A stretch of DNA of 64,000 nt from an uncultured virus (IMG/VR IMGVR_UViG_3300042516_001356) (IMGVR_UViG_3300042516_001356), one strand, 5' to 3'. Numbered from the stretch's first letter, positions 19,925 to 28,904 are shown. Numbers and translations: made by a program. Notes: generated by a model from the sequence alone, not told the origin.

Positions 19925-20647
19925 TTAATCGTATTGTTTTTTTGTCCAAAATGTTTTTTTATACCATCCTTTAAAAACACTACTAGCAGAATCACTATGA
20001 CTCTTTCCAATTTCTACCAGACCTTTTGTTTTTTCTGAGTTCCAGTCTTCTTGGCGAAACGGTATTAGTTGTGCTATTGGCGTTCCTTGCTCAATGAGTC
20101 CTGTAAATCCCTCTTTAAGGTAAAATGGAACATTTCCATCTTCGCTTAATACCAATCCTCCATCAAGCACTGCACTTAAAGTTGTAAATGGAAGATCGTG
20201 TCTATTTAGTGGATGAGTAAATAAAATACTATATCCTTTTGGAACGCCATAGGAAACTCCTGGGTGCCAAACAAATTCTGTAGGATAATGACCAATTGGA
20301 ACAAGTTTTTCACTTGCTACATTATTTCTGACATTTGGTGTGCCTTTTGCACCTTTTGGCCATAAAATAAATGGAACCCCGTCTCTTATTTCAACATATA
20401 GATCAAAAGGAAGGGTCATTACGTAGCCAATAGTTAATGAATCTAAAAATGGTACACATAATTTAACTGTTGACCTAATATTAAAATCATCACTAAACAT
20501 TACATCATCATAATATTGTGGTATTTTTTTATACCAATCTGGTACAACTTTTTTTGTTGGAACTATTGAGTTTGGATAAGTTGGAACGGCAGACTCATAT
20601 CTTAAAATTGGTTTTTGTTTTTTATTAAAAATACTTTTTTTAAACAT
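19925..20647 (-). CDS. DUF6065-like / dUTPase-fold paralog 3
   Basis: PDWYK, TVKLCVPFLDSL..GY, PKGYS, HPLNRHDLPF, GTPIAQLIPF. Confidence 0.65.
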   Translation of the reverse strand: MFKKSIFNKKQKPILRYESAVPTYPNSIVPTKKVVPDWYKKIPQYYDDVMFSDDFNIRSTVKLCVPFLDSLTIGYVMTLPFDLYVEIRDGVPFILWPKGAKGTPNVRNNVASEKLVPIGHYPTEFVWHPGVSYGVPKGYSILFTHPLNRHDLPFTTLSAVLDGGLVLSEDGNVPFYLKEGFTGLIEQGTPIAQLIPFRQEDWNSEKTKGLVEIGKSHSDSASSVFKGWYKKTFWTKKQYD

Positions 20648-20711
20648 GTCTTCTCCATTTTATCATATATGTTTGTATATTAATCTTACCATTTTTTTGC
20701 GATATAAGCAA

Positions 20712-20812
20712 ATGAGCAGTTTTTTACAGTCGTGCTCAGGACTATCCCAGTTATTTAATGTCGCTGTCTCCCCCGACATATCTGCGACTCCACGGTGAGG
20801 TGGTGCAGAAGA
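20712..20812 (-). ncRNA. Candidate ~100-nt structured ncRNA ending in pseudoknot copy 2
   Basis: -10-like TATGAT at 20820-20825; stems TCTGC/GCAGA, CCAC/GTGG, ATGTCG/CGACAT; pseudoknot at 20714-20743. Confidence 0.55.
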
Positions 20813-20845
20813 CAATGTTATCATAATTTTAAAAAACAAAAGTTT

Positions 20846-20906
20846 GGCGCAAAATAGAAGTAAAAACCTTATTGTGCTCTACGAAAGCACTATTGGTTAA
20901 TATCCT
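20846..20906 (-). repeat. Rod-hairpin element copy A
   Basis: About 61-bp imperfect repeat of 21549-21610. Confidence 0.65.
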
Positions 20907-21015
20907 CTACCTTTTTCATTATACGTTTAACCATATCCTCTCTTTCTTGAAGTGATAAGTTAACACCTGTATCTATTTCTGTCATTGAGATGGCTAAATC
21001 AACTAAATCTTTCAT
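20890..21015 (-). CDS. Small hypothetical protein
   Basis: RBS AAGGAG before MKDLVDL. Confidence 0.5.
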   Translation of the reverse strand: MKDLVDLAISMTEIDTGVNLSLQEREDMVKRIMKKVEDINQ

Positions 21016-21104
21016 TGTTCTCCTTACAGTCAGGGCATTGCTTAGTAGGCCTATCTGTCCTATCTGGCACGGTAAAAATAGATCCACAATCAAAACAAAG
21101 AACT

Positions 21105-21299
21105 TTAGTCATCTGACTCCTTTTTCCACTGTTCTTCCCATAACCCCATAAGAGACTTATTGCCTACATCATTAAAATAATAAAGGTTTTTCTTTGCATT
21201 ATATGTCCATCCATACCAAAGATCATTTTCAATCCAAGTAAGGTTTGTAGGTCTTTCATTTCTGGCTTCTATAATCATTTGATCAAAGTGGTATTTCAT
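21105..21299 (-). CDS. Hypothetical Trp-rich protein
   Basis: ORF overlapping the upstream gene end. Confidence 0.55.
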   Translation of the reverse strand: MKYHFDQMIIEARNERPTNLTWIENDLWYGWTYNAKKNLYYFNDVGNKSLMGLWEEQWKKESDD

Positions 21300-21513
21300 T
21301 TACAGGTTCCTTTGACCAGTGGATATATGACCTAATGTAAACTACTGCATAGGCAAGGGCGGAAAATATAAAACCATATTGGTTTGTTATTATTGCATAG
21401 GCTATCCATAAGCATTCATTAAATAATAAAACAAACCATCCCCATTTATCTTTTCGGCCGACAAAATATATGCCTGCAACACCGATAACCGCTAATACCC
21501 ATGACCACCACAT
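21283..21513 (-). CDS. Small three-TM membrane protein (PnuC/PQ-loop-like half transporter)
   Basis: WSWVLAVIGVAG...KWGW...NECLWIAY...YIHW; leaderless promoter. Confidence 0.6.
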   Translation of the reverse strand: MWWSWVLAVIGVAGIYFVGRKDKWGWFVLLFNECLWIAYAIITNQYGFIFSALAYAVVYIRSYIHWSKEPVNEIPL

Positions 21514-21548
21514 ATACTTATTGTATCAAAGTTTGGCGGTAAAGGCAA

Positions 21549-21610
21549 GGCGCAAAATAGAACTATCAAACCTTATCCTGCCCAACATGGGCACTATCGG
21601 TTAGTATCCT
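21549..21610 (-). repeat. Rod-hairpin element copy B
   Basis: GGCGCAAAATAGAA...AAACCTTAT..TGC..GCACTAT.GGTTA.TATCCT shared with copy A. Confidence 0.65.
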
Positions 21611-21777
21611 AAAATCGGCGGGTATACAAAGAATGTCGTAATACCCCTAGTGTAATAACAAACCATGTATTCCAGATATCCCCCATATCCCAGATACAAA
21701 GGTTTGACCAATGTGTCCAATAACACTGGTTTGATATGGACAATATGGAGCCAGAGAGATGGTTTGATACCCTGCGA

Positions 21778-22500
21778 TTATTTAAATTTTTTCTTAGAGT
21801 GATGGTTTTTTAAGTAATGACCTACCATTGTGCTATTAAAGTTTTTTTCTTGAATTACATTATTGTATTCACCATCTTCATAATAGTCAAAAGTAGAATC
21901 CCAATCATCTCGCTTAAAAGGAATAATTTGTACCATTGGAGTGCCCTTTTCAACGATGCCTTCAAAACCAGTTTTAACCCACATTGGAAAGACCAACTCA
22001 AGAGTTGAACTATCTGTATCTACAACTGCTGTAATTGCTTTAAATGCAAGATCGTTGTATCCAAATGGAGAAGTTATTAAACATGAATAGCCTTTGGGGG
22101 TTTGTGGTATCCAACAATTAAGATATTTATATACTACCTGATCATATCCTATTGGTGCTGGAATCTCCCTTGATGACTGACCATGTAATGTAAAAACATC
22201 CTGTAAAGTCTTCCAATATATATCAGGATACCCATTACCTTGTTCAACCATAACATCTGTCCATAAAGGGATAATGTATCCAGAACTTATGCTATCTAAT
22301 AATGGAACACATTTTTTGTATGTTGCGTTGGCAGTTCTGTTTCTAAAATGAAGTTTCCCATCTTGTGGATACCCAGGCAAATTTGCATAAGGTTCAGAAT
22401 TAGTAAACCACTTAGGAAGTTGTTTTACTGCAGGATATGGCTTAAGTTGTACGTCAAACTCAGTCTTACTTCTAGCCCTAAAGTTTATATTTTTTGACAT
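21778..22500 (-). CDS. DUF6065-like / dUTPase-fold paralog 4
   Basis: PKWF, TYKKCVPLLDSISSGY, TPKGYS, AVVDTD, GTPMVQIIPFKR. Confidence 0.65.
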   Translation of the reverse strand: MSKNINFRARSKTEFDVQLKPYPAVKQLPKWFTNSEPYANLPGYPQDGKLHFRNRTANATYKKCVPLLDSISSGYIIPLWTDVMVEQGNGYPDIYWKTLQDVFTLHGQSSREIPAPIGYDQVVYKYLNCWIPQTPKGYSCLITSPFGYNDLAFKAITAVVDTDSSTLELVFPMWVKTGFEGIVEKGTPMVQIIPFKRDDWDSTFDYYEDGEYNNVIQEKNFNSTMVGHYLKNHHSKKKFK

Positions 22501-22509
22501 TTACCCACC

Positions 22510-23240
22510 TAACTATACAAGTATAGCATTCGTTAATTCCTTAGTCAATACAAAATAAATCTTACTGATATTTTTTAGATGTGGTCTTGGTGGAGCAAAG
22601 TGGAGCATAGTGGGTGATTGAGCGCTTTTATAGGGGGCTTCGTAATCCCCTGGCGGCCAAACCTCCCTATCCCAAACCTCCCAAACCTTTCTATCCCGCA
22701 TATCTGGTATGCATTATATACCCAAAACCATGGTTTGTCAAACCTTTATAGCCTAAAAACCCCCCATAAAAATGCCCAGAAAATATAACAAAAAGTTATA
22801 AAACACCAGGAAAAAATCTAGAAAGGTTTGATAACTATGGTAAAAGTTTGTATTATTCTTTAATTTATTTCCCCGCCCCATAATGTTTAATAATACTGTA
22901 ATTCAGCGGCAAGGCGGGGCTGCAAAAAGGCGGGGATAAAAAGATATACAACATATCACTAGTATAAGAGACAAGAGATTCCTGATAGGAAGGTTTGTTA
23001 GATATAAAGGTTTGTTATGAATCTGGAAAAAATTTCAAACCTTCGTAATAGGTTTTTAGGATATAAAGGTTTGGAGGTTTGTCAAACTTTCTGGGATTTT
23101 TTGAATTGGGTTCTTAATGTTTTTTTCGTAAATGAGGTTTGGTAGTCGGGCTATGGATCTGGGAAAAAAAATGATCTATCGTAATAAGATTTTAAGGTTT
23201 GGGATGTCCACTTTGTCCTAATATTACCCGACCCGCCAGC
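22510..23240. repeat. Non-coding tract rich in short repeats (AGGTTTG/CAAACC, TCGTAA, GGCGGG)
   Basis: More than 10 GGTTTG/CAAACC copies in about 730 bp; no credible ORF. Confidence 0.7.
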
Positions 23241-23241
23241 G

Positions 23242-23505
23242 CTACATTTCTGCGCTACCTAGCAATTCATCAAGGCTTTCAAACCCTGTATCTTTAACAG
23301 TAAGAGCAGCCAATAATAAATCAAAGGTTTCATTTATATACATCTCTGACTGATCGCTTGGCAAAACAATCTCATTCATTAAAAGATAAGCCATTGGCAA
23401 ACCTAGATCGTTGTACTCTATAAAATCATCTAGATGATCATCATCACGATAGTTCATCCATAGTTCTGCTAAGATACTTATCTTATTTGAAAAATCTGTC
23501 GTCAT
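23242..23505 (-). CDS. Hypothetical early protein
   Basis: RBS AGGGGCGG; FIEYNDLGLP. Confidence 0.7.
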   Translation of the reverse strand: MTTDFSNKISILAELWMNYRDDDHLDDFIEYNDLGLPMAYLLMNEIVLPSDQSEMYINETFDLLLAALTVKDTGFESLDELLGSAEM

Positions 23506-23719
23506 ATGTACCGCCCCTAACTTCATCTACTATTGGTTTTTGGAACTGTGCGCTTTCTAATACTTCTATGGCACGACTAAAAATAACATAAGGAGTATCA
23601 CGAGCAATATAATATCCAACTTTTTCTAAGTCAAGATGAAAGTCAGATAGTAAAACAGTAATGCGCTCTGCTACCTTTTCCTCTTTAGTCTTTAACTTAG
23701 TGCGGTTAATTTTATACAC
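23483..23719 (-). CDS. Hypothetical early protein
   Basis: ORF overlapping the next gene; TGATATAAT promoter upstream. Confidence 0.65.
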   Translation of the reverse strand: MYKINRTKLKTKEEKVAERITVLLSDFHLDLEKVGYYIARDTPYVIFSRAIEVLESAQFQKPIVDEVRGGTYDDRFFK

Positions 23720-23753
23720 GATACCCCCAAAGTCATTATATCAAAAAAAGAAA

Positions 23754-23787
23754 GAGGGCGCAACCCCACCACAAAGTTACGCCCTCC
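23754..23787 (-). terminator. Hairpin terminator
   Basis: GAGGGCGCAAC/GTTACGCCCTC stem; T tract on the minus strand. Confidence 0.7.
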
Positions 23788-23795
23788 TTATTGTA

Positions 23796-24170
23796 TCAGC
23801 GAGAGGTGACCCCTACCCCCGCTATCGCAGCAACAGGCATGTAAGCCTGAATAAATTTATCCCAGTCTACAGATACATTATCAGTAACAGTCTTGGTAGT
23901 GAAGTCAACAAGGACGGTAAACTCACCTAGGTCATATCCGTCATTAGTAATTGCATAGATGCCAAACCCTGTCTCTTCTAGAATGCTATCTTGTATAAGA
24001 TAACTAATAATCATCCGTGTTCCATATGAGCCGTCACTTAATCTAGGCTTTGCATGCTGCAGGGCCATTGCTAGGTCCCGCTGCCATTCAGTCTGTCCCC
24101 AGTGGCTGTATAGGACAACCATAGGACCTGACTCGCTGTCTTTGAATACGTAGTTAATCCGTGCTCCCAT
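23796..24170 (-). CDS. Hypothetical early protein
   Basis: MGAR...LYSHWG. Confidence 0.7.
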   Translation of the reverse strand: MGARINYVFKDSESGPMVVLYSHWGQTEWQRDLAMALQHAKPRLSDGSYGTRMIISYLIQDSILEETGFGIYAITNDGYDLGEFTVLVDFTTKTVTDNVSVDWDKFIQAYMPVAAIAGVGVTSR

Positions 24171-24325
24171 TATTCTGGATCCTTTTCTGTTAGTACTGGT
24201 ACGATTGATAGTTGGTTTTCTATCTCACGATAGATATCTTGTTCGTCTTGATTGTCAGTCTCATACACAAAATTCATGTAATCACCTGTTGGCTCAAAGA
24301 TTATTTCAACATCCCATGTAGCCAT
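24170..24325 (-). CDS. Small acidic protein (not in ORF track)
   Basis: TAATG coupling at both ends; MATWDVEIIFEP. Confidence 0.6.
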   Translation of the reverse strand: MATWDVEIIFEPTGDYMNFVYETDNQDEQDIYREIENQLSIVPVLTEKDPE

Positions 24326-24663
24326 TAGTCATTCTCCTCATCTAGGTCGCCTTCAAAGTCAATGATTACTTTAGATACCCTGTCATCACCGTTAAGGACT
24401 ACATATACAGGATATAAACCATCGCCATATCCTGTGCTAAATACTACAGAATTGGCATTGCCTAACTCGCCATAATTGCTAGCAATAGTAGTTGCACTTG
24501 CTCCATGATAAGAGTATTGATTTTGTTTGCCATCAAGGTTCCAATCTTCATTTTTATTAGTATCCCAGTCATCAAGATAGCATGGGTCGCCTACCATAGC
24601 CTGACCGCTATCTACTGAAAAGCGACCTGCTAATATTAGGCTATCTTTATTTATTTGGGTCAT
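24325..24663 (-). CDS. DUF4241-like protein
   Basis: FSVDSGQAMVGDPCY, FSTGYGDGLYPVY. Confidence 0.7.
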   Translation of the reverse strand: MTQINKDSLILAGRFSVDSGQAMVGDPCYLDDWDTNKNEDWNLDGKQNQYSYHGASATTIASNYGELGNANSVVFSTGYGDGLYPVYVVLNGDDRVSKVIIDFEGDLDEEND

Positions 24664-24672
24664 ACTGTCTCC

Positions 24673-25131
24673 TTAGTTGAGTGTGTGGTTTTCTATTTCT
24701 TCTAACTCTTTGATTTCTTCTATTGTAGCGCAACCAGCGCATTTTTCCAAATCCTCAAATTTGTCATAGTGTAGAGAGGCCATCTCATCTTCCCAGATCT
24801 CACCACAGTTAGAGCATTCGTAAACATCTTCGCTACTGATTTGTATCTGATAGTCCTTGCTACCATTAAAGGGCACGGTAGTTACGAAGTACCCAATCCT
24901 ATTAACTATACGCATACCCTGAAATATATAGGTGCCGCCATTGTCTCCGTCACAATAAGTCCATATCCTGTTAGGATCTTGGGCTTTGACAAAGTCTAAC
25001 TCTTTACCATATGTCTCAAACATATAGCCTTGCTCCCCATCGTTAAACGAGGCATTAGGGTCTATAAGGTTTGGGAGTGGCTTAAAGGTGTTAAACCACT
25101 CTTCCTCTGTAAGTTCTATAAGTTCGTTCAT
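24673..25131 (-). CDS. Hypothetical protein with C-terminal Zn ribbon
   Basis: MFETYG, RIWTY, VNRIGYFVT, two CxxC. Confidence 0.7.
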   Translation of the reverse strand: MNELIELTEEEWFNTFKPLPNLIDPNASFNDGEQGYMFETYGKELDFVKAQDPNRIWTYCDGDNGGTYIFQGMRIVNRIGYFVTTVPFNGSKDYQIQISSEDVYECSNCGEIWEDEMASLHYDKFEDLEKCAGCATIEEIKELEEIENHTLN

Positions 25132-25139
25132 GGGTCTCC

Positions 25140-25661
25140 TTAGAAGTGGAAGTCAATAGGTACTAAGAATAACATGGCAGGGTTCTTATTGTCAATAGCG
25201 CTTTGGATATACTCCATGCTAGCGGTATACTCAATAAGATCGTAAAAGTAACTGTTAGGAGTATAGTGTTCATCCATTAGGTTACTTGCTGACTTAATAT
25301 AGTATGAGTTCATGTCAAACCTTAATTCCCCTAATGAGGCATTGTTTGATATATAGTCAACCATATTACTAATAAATTTATCAGTGTCTATCTTAGACAT
25401 ACAGTCTTGCATTTCTTTTATCCTTGCTTTTTTACAATCTTCAACTATACTATCAAACAAGGCAGGCTTCTCAGTATATGAGACAATCATGTCAGATGAA
25501 TCATTGTATTGGCTATCGCTCCAACGACCACCACCAACAACATGCCAGTCTGACCATTCAACAAACCTTTGTCCGTCATCATTAATTAATCTATCAGTGA
25601 CATTGGCTCTTGCGTTTTCTTTATCCTCTGCTTCTACTAGCCAGTAGTGTAGCGTATGCAT
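25140..25661 (-). CDS. Hypothetical early protein
   Basis: WSDWHVVGGGRWS...IDFHF. Confidence 0.7.
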   Translation of the reverse strand: MHTLHYWLVEAEDKENARANVTDRLINDDGQRFVEWSDWHVVGGGRWSDSQYNDSSDMIVSYTEKPALFDSIVEDCKKARIKEMQDCMSKIDTDKFISNMVDYISNNASLGELRFDMNSYYIKSASNLMDEHYTPNSYFYDLIEYTASMEYIQSAIDNKNPAMLFLVPIDFHF

Positions 25662-25684
25662 TCAGGGTCTCTTTCTGTAGGTTC

Positions 25685-25924
25685 TTAATATAAAGTATAA
25701 GGGTTTGTGTCTATCTTTACAACTTCTGGCTTTGTGACTTTGGTCACCTTATTGAGTTTCTTTGCCTTGACCCAACTTCCTGGTTTATGGGCTGGAGTAT
25801 TTCCAATATTAATAACAGCACTATTGCCACAGATACAGTCAGCATCCAGGGCAGGCTTAACTTTGGCGGTAACCTCAATTAAAGCATCACAGTTAGTACA
25901 TAAGTAATCATATCTATTCCACAT
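25685..25924 (-). CDS. Small Zn-ribbon protein
   Basis: YDYLCTNC...CICG. Confidence 0.6.
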   Translation of the reverse strand: MWNRYDYLCTNCDALIEVTAKVKPALDADCICGNSAVINIGNTPAHKPGSWVKAKKLNKVTKVTKPEVVKIDTNPYTLY

Positions 25925-26069
25925 ACATCTCCCAAGGTTTTACATCGTAGTTGCCACAGATCTCTTGAATGTTATCCTCTAATGAGTTAATAAATAAACT
26001 AAGTTCATTCATGTCTAGATGTTTTATCATATTATCAGTGATAGTAAATTGCCATACTTGTTTTGACAT
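25914..26069 (-). CDS. Small hypothetical protein (not in ORF track)
   Basis: 51 aa MSKQVWQF...; coupled to the upstream gene. Confidence 0.55.
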   Translation of the reverse strand: MSKQVWQFTITDNMIKHLDMNELSLFINSLEDNIQEICGNYDVKPWEMYVE

Positions 26070-26230
26070 TACTCACCCCAATATTTGACAATTGTATTTA
26101 ATGTGGTATGTAAGTTGCAATCGCAGTCCCCTGCGTTCATTGCCTCCATAAATTCAAAGTGCGATAGGTTATCTTCATAGATAGTAGTTACGAGTTCATC
26201 TATTGTGTATGGTTTGTATGTAGTGGTCAT
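26069..26230 (-). CDS. Small hypothetical protein (not in ORF track)
   Basis: 53 aa MTTTYKPY...; TTGTAT-N17-TACAAT promoter 6 nt upstream. Confidence 0.6.
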   Translation of the reverse strand: MTTTYKPYTIDELVTTIYEDNLSHFEFMEAMNAGDCDCNLHTTLNTIVKYWGE

Positions 26231-26321
26231 AAATTAATTGTAGCAAAAAATGGGGAAAAATACAAGTATTCTTAATAGAAAAAATAAATAACATTTTTGT
26301 TATAAAACCCGACCCCGCTTG

Positions 26322-26395
26322 CGATCTGGACGGGACTTGAACCCGCAACCTTTACCGTGACAGGGTAACGATCTAACCAATTGATCTACCAGACC
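26322..26395 (-). tRNA. tRNA-Asp (GTC)
   Basis: Reverse complement: GGTCTGG acceptor, TTACC-CTGTCAC-GGTAA, T-loop TTCAAGT. Confidence 0.93.
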
Positions 26396-26403
26396 TTGAA
26401 GGT

Positions 26404-26430
26404 GAGCAGTTTAAAATCATGCTCAGGATT
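26404..26430 (-). ncRNA. 3' pseudoknot element, copy 3
   Basis: AATC-CT-GAGCA-T-GATT-TTAAAC-TGCTC between the DUF932 stop and tRNA-Asp. Confidence 0.7.
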
Positions 26431-26435
26431 TTTTG

Positions 26436-27458
26436 TTATGCTAGTTGCATAACATTTTGTACAACTTTTAGCAGACGATTTTTTTCTGCATTGATTGATG
26501 GATCAAAACCACTTGCTGATGCTAATAAACTTTCGTTATTACCACCACGAGCAGAACGGTACCAATCAAGACGCTCAGTTAATGCATTGAACGCACCCCA
26601 CGCACTACCAGCAATCATGCCATTAAATTCGCCAGTGTAGATGTCATTAATGGTATCAACTTTATTTTCCCATTTTTTAACAGCACCCTTAGCATCTTTT
26701 TCTGGCTTAGGATAAGCAGCAAGAATAATGTCGTTAAACATTTTAGCATCAACAGTCTTTTCAATCATTGCCTTAGCCATGATATCAAATTCATCCATGT
26801 ACGCATTAGCAAGACCTAAAGTCTCACGAGCAACTTGCACCTTACCATTGGCAGTTTGCGTGTGGCGAATCTTGAAAGATTGCTTGATACCCTTATTCTT
26901 TTTGCGACCTACGCCACCAAGAGCAAGGTTAAGAGTATTAGCACACACAACACGAACAGGTGTTATGCTTGCTTGAATAGCGATTGAGCCATCGTGTGAT
27001 GTGTTAATAAGCAAATAAGTCTTTACCTTATCTGCAACACCATTAGGGTCAAGAATTGTTTCACGCTCTAATGCTAGTGAGCCAAATACTACACGACCAC
27101 CACGAATTGAGCCAGCAGTCTCCCAACGTCCACCGCCATCAAGAATGTTATCACCAAATGAGAATAGTTCCTCATTTTGCAATGGCACATAACGCTCACC
27201 AACAATTCCCAAAACATCAGTTTGAGATTTATCAGTAGGGTTTGTACGCACTACATATTGGTAATTCTTATCAGATGTTAGCGCAGATGGAATTTCTAAT
27301 TCCTCTAAACGAACATTCCAATTATTAAGGTTAGCAGTCTCTAGCATTTCGCTAGTTGTTTTTTCATCTGTAAACACAGTACCTAAACCATGCCAAGCAG
27401 GTTCACGGAATGATGCAAAACTTGCTACACCATTTTGTGATTCTAAATCATGAGCCAT
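26436..27458 (-). CDS. DUF932/DUF945 (phage/plasmid LGT family) protein
   Basis: PAWHGLG, WETAGSIRGG, NTSHDGS, TPVRVVCANTL, IRHT; RBS GAAAGGA. Confidence 0.88.
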   Translation of the reverse strand: MAHDLESQNGVASFASFREPAWHGLGTVFTDEKTTSEMLETANLNNWNVRLEELEIPSALTSDKNYQYVVRTNPTDKSQTDVLGIVGERYVPLQNEELFSFGDNILDGGGRWETAGSIRGGRVVFGSLALERETILDPNGVADKVKTYLLINTSHDGSIAIQASITPVRVVCANTLNLALGGVGRKKNKGIKQSFKIRHTQTANGKVQVARETLGLANAYMDEFDIMAKAMIEKTVDAKMFNDIILAAYPKPEKDAKGAVKKWENKVDTINDIYTGEFNGMIAGSAWGAFNALTERLDWYRSARGGNNESLLASASGFDPSINAEKNRLLKVVQNVMQLA

Positions 27459-27484
27459 TTTTATCCTTTCGGTTGTTTTAATTA

Positions 27485-27513
27485 ATTTTAGCACTCATGG
27501 CTGACAATGTCAA
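27485..27513 (-). promoter_or_regulatory. Promoter with PafBC/RecA-NDp element
   Basis: TTGACA-T-TGTCAG-N10-TAAAAT. Confidence 0.75.
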
Positions 27514-27602
27514 TCAGGACTGGGGAAAATAGTTTAATCTTCTTAAATGGTATAAATCGGACATTTGGGATATTCCCCGAGGATTTTTGCTGGGGATTTG
27601 TG

Positions 27603-27629
27603 AGGCAGTTTAAAGACGTGCCCAGGTCC
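27603..27629 (-). ncRNA. 3' pseudoknot element, copy 4
   Basis: GGAC-CT-GGGCA-C-GTCT-TTAAAC-TGCCT. Confidence 0.7.
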
Positions 27630-27644
27630 TTTAGTAGCCCCCTA

Positions 27645-28055
27645 CTAAAACTCCACTCCACTAAGAGAACTAGAAACATAAGTTATCTTGTCAGTGTCAT
27701 ATGAGATTGCGTCAAAATCAATATCATGAATGATATCTTCTACATCTTCACCTGCAGGTACATTAATGGTCATTGAATATTCTACGGTTACCATGACCTC
27801 AACTTCATTAGTTAATTCAAATCCACAGATTTCAGCAATTGCTTCTGCCTGCTCTTTTGTGATATCTTGATTTTCTAATTCAGTCGTGGTCCACGTATGC
27901 ATTTGATCACGCATTGCTGTTAGGTTAGCAGCGCCTGTGTAGTCACGTTGTGTTACTCTTTGGATGTGTTGCTCCAGTGTTAGAATGCGTTCATTTTTTT
28001 CTGCAATCTGAGATCTAAGATAATCTTCAGTTGCATGTATTGTTGTTTGCTCCAT
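27645..28055 (-). CDS. Hypothetical early protein
   Basis: RBS GAAAGTAGG; coiled-coil N-terminus. Confidence 0.7.
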   Translation of the reverse strand: MEQTTIHATEDYLRSQIAEKNERILTLEQHIQRVTQRDYTGAANLTAMRDQMHTWTTTELENQDITKEQAEAIAEICGFELTNEVEVMVTVEYSMTINVPAGEDVEDIIHDIDFDAISYDTDKITYVSSSLSGVEF

Positions 28056-28077
28056 AAGGGGCCTACTTTCTTAGTTA

Positions 28078-28110
28078 GAGGGGGGCAGGTTGTCTACCCC
28101 CCCTGTTTAT
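28078..28110. terminator. Hairpin terminator
   Basis: GGGGGGCAG...CTACCCCCC stem between genes. Confidence 0.55.
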
Positions 28111-28281
28111 TTATTTAGTTGTTGATACCATTGCTAAACGACGAGAGCCGTTTGCTAACTGTAGCGATACTCTAGTTAGTTTAGAGTTGATAGGTGAGAA
28201 TTTTACAATTCTACCTGTAACGCCAGTTTTGCTTGTGGTGAATAGATCACCTAGTTGATATGTGTATCCGCCTAGTGTCAT
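28111..28281 (-). CDS. Small SH3-like beta protein (paralog of 28905-29072; not in ORF track)
   Basis: MTLGGYTYQLGDLFTTSKTGVTGRIVK; RBS AAAAGGA. Confidence 0.7.
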   Translation of the reverse strand: MTLGGYTYQLGDLFTTSKTGVTGRIVKFSPINSKLTRVSLQLANGSRRLAMVSTTK

Positions 28282-28372
28282 GATTTTCCTTTTCTGTTTA
28301 TGGTGGTTTGTATTATTTAATTTTACTAGATTTTGACGGGGGAGTCAAATACCCTCCCCCATCTCTATCTAA

Positions 28373-28795
28373 TTAGAGATAACGAGCAACTGCGTTGTAT
28401 GTAGAAGTATTAACTACTTCCTCATCTGTCATCTTGAGGATACGAATAGCGTTAGACATTTCCTCTTTCTGCTCATTGTAAGTATGAGAGTGGATAACCT
28501 CAAAATCCTTTTCAGGCTCTTTAGGAAATTCTCCATCTTTGAGAATTAAATCAAAATCAACATTTAGTGTTGAGTTCCAAGAACGATAATTGGTTCTGAT
28601 GTTCTCAGCCTTAGCAATTTTACCTACTGCGAACTCAGCAAGTTCTTTTTGCCAAGCCTTGTAAGCCTTTTGATACTTTGCTTCGTTTTCACCTTGTGTA
28701 GCATAGTCTTTTTCTAGTTGTGCTAGTTTAGTTTCTAGTGCTTTGATTACTCTAGCAGTAGGGATTTTTACTGAGATTGCTTTTCCTCTTGACAT
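28373..28795 (-). CDS. Hypothetical early protein
   Basis: RBS AAAGGA; own promoter. Confidence 0.75.
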   Translation of the reverse strand: MSRGKAISVKIPTARVIKALETKLAQLEKDYATQGENEAKYQKAYKAWQKELAEFAVGKIAKAENIRTNYRSWNSTLNVDFDLILKDGEFPKEPEKDFEVIHSHTYNEQKEEMSNAIRILKMTDEEVVNTSTYNAVARYL

Positions 28796-28827
28796 GGTGT
28801 TCCTTTTCTTTAGTGGGTTATATTTCT

Positions 28828-28849
28828 AGTATAGGGGGTTGGTCTGACA
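28828..28849 (-). promoter_or_regulatory. Promoter with PafBC/RecA-NDp element
   Basis: TGTCAG-ACCAACCCCC-TATACT; no -35 match. Confidence 0.75.
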
Positions 28850-28856
28850 TTGTGGT

Positions 28857-28885
28857 GAGCAGTTTTAGTAGTCATGCTCAGGACT
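28857..28885 (-). ncRNA. 3' pseudoknot element, copy 5
   Basis: AGTC-CT-GAGCA-T-GACT-ACTAAAAC-TGCTC. Confidence 0.7.
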
Positions 28886-28904
28886 TTTAGCGTTTGCTAA
28901 AGTG

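Noticed and set aside
22510..23240. CRISPR array
   Set aside because: Repeats are only 6-8 nt, in both orientations, irregularly spaced; no cas genes.
26404..26430. Hammerhead or HDV/theta ribozyme next to tRNA-Asp
   Set aside because: CTGAGCATGA only superficially resembles CUGANGA; no GAAA three-stem core or nested double pseudoknot. A simple H-type pseudoknot fits better.
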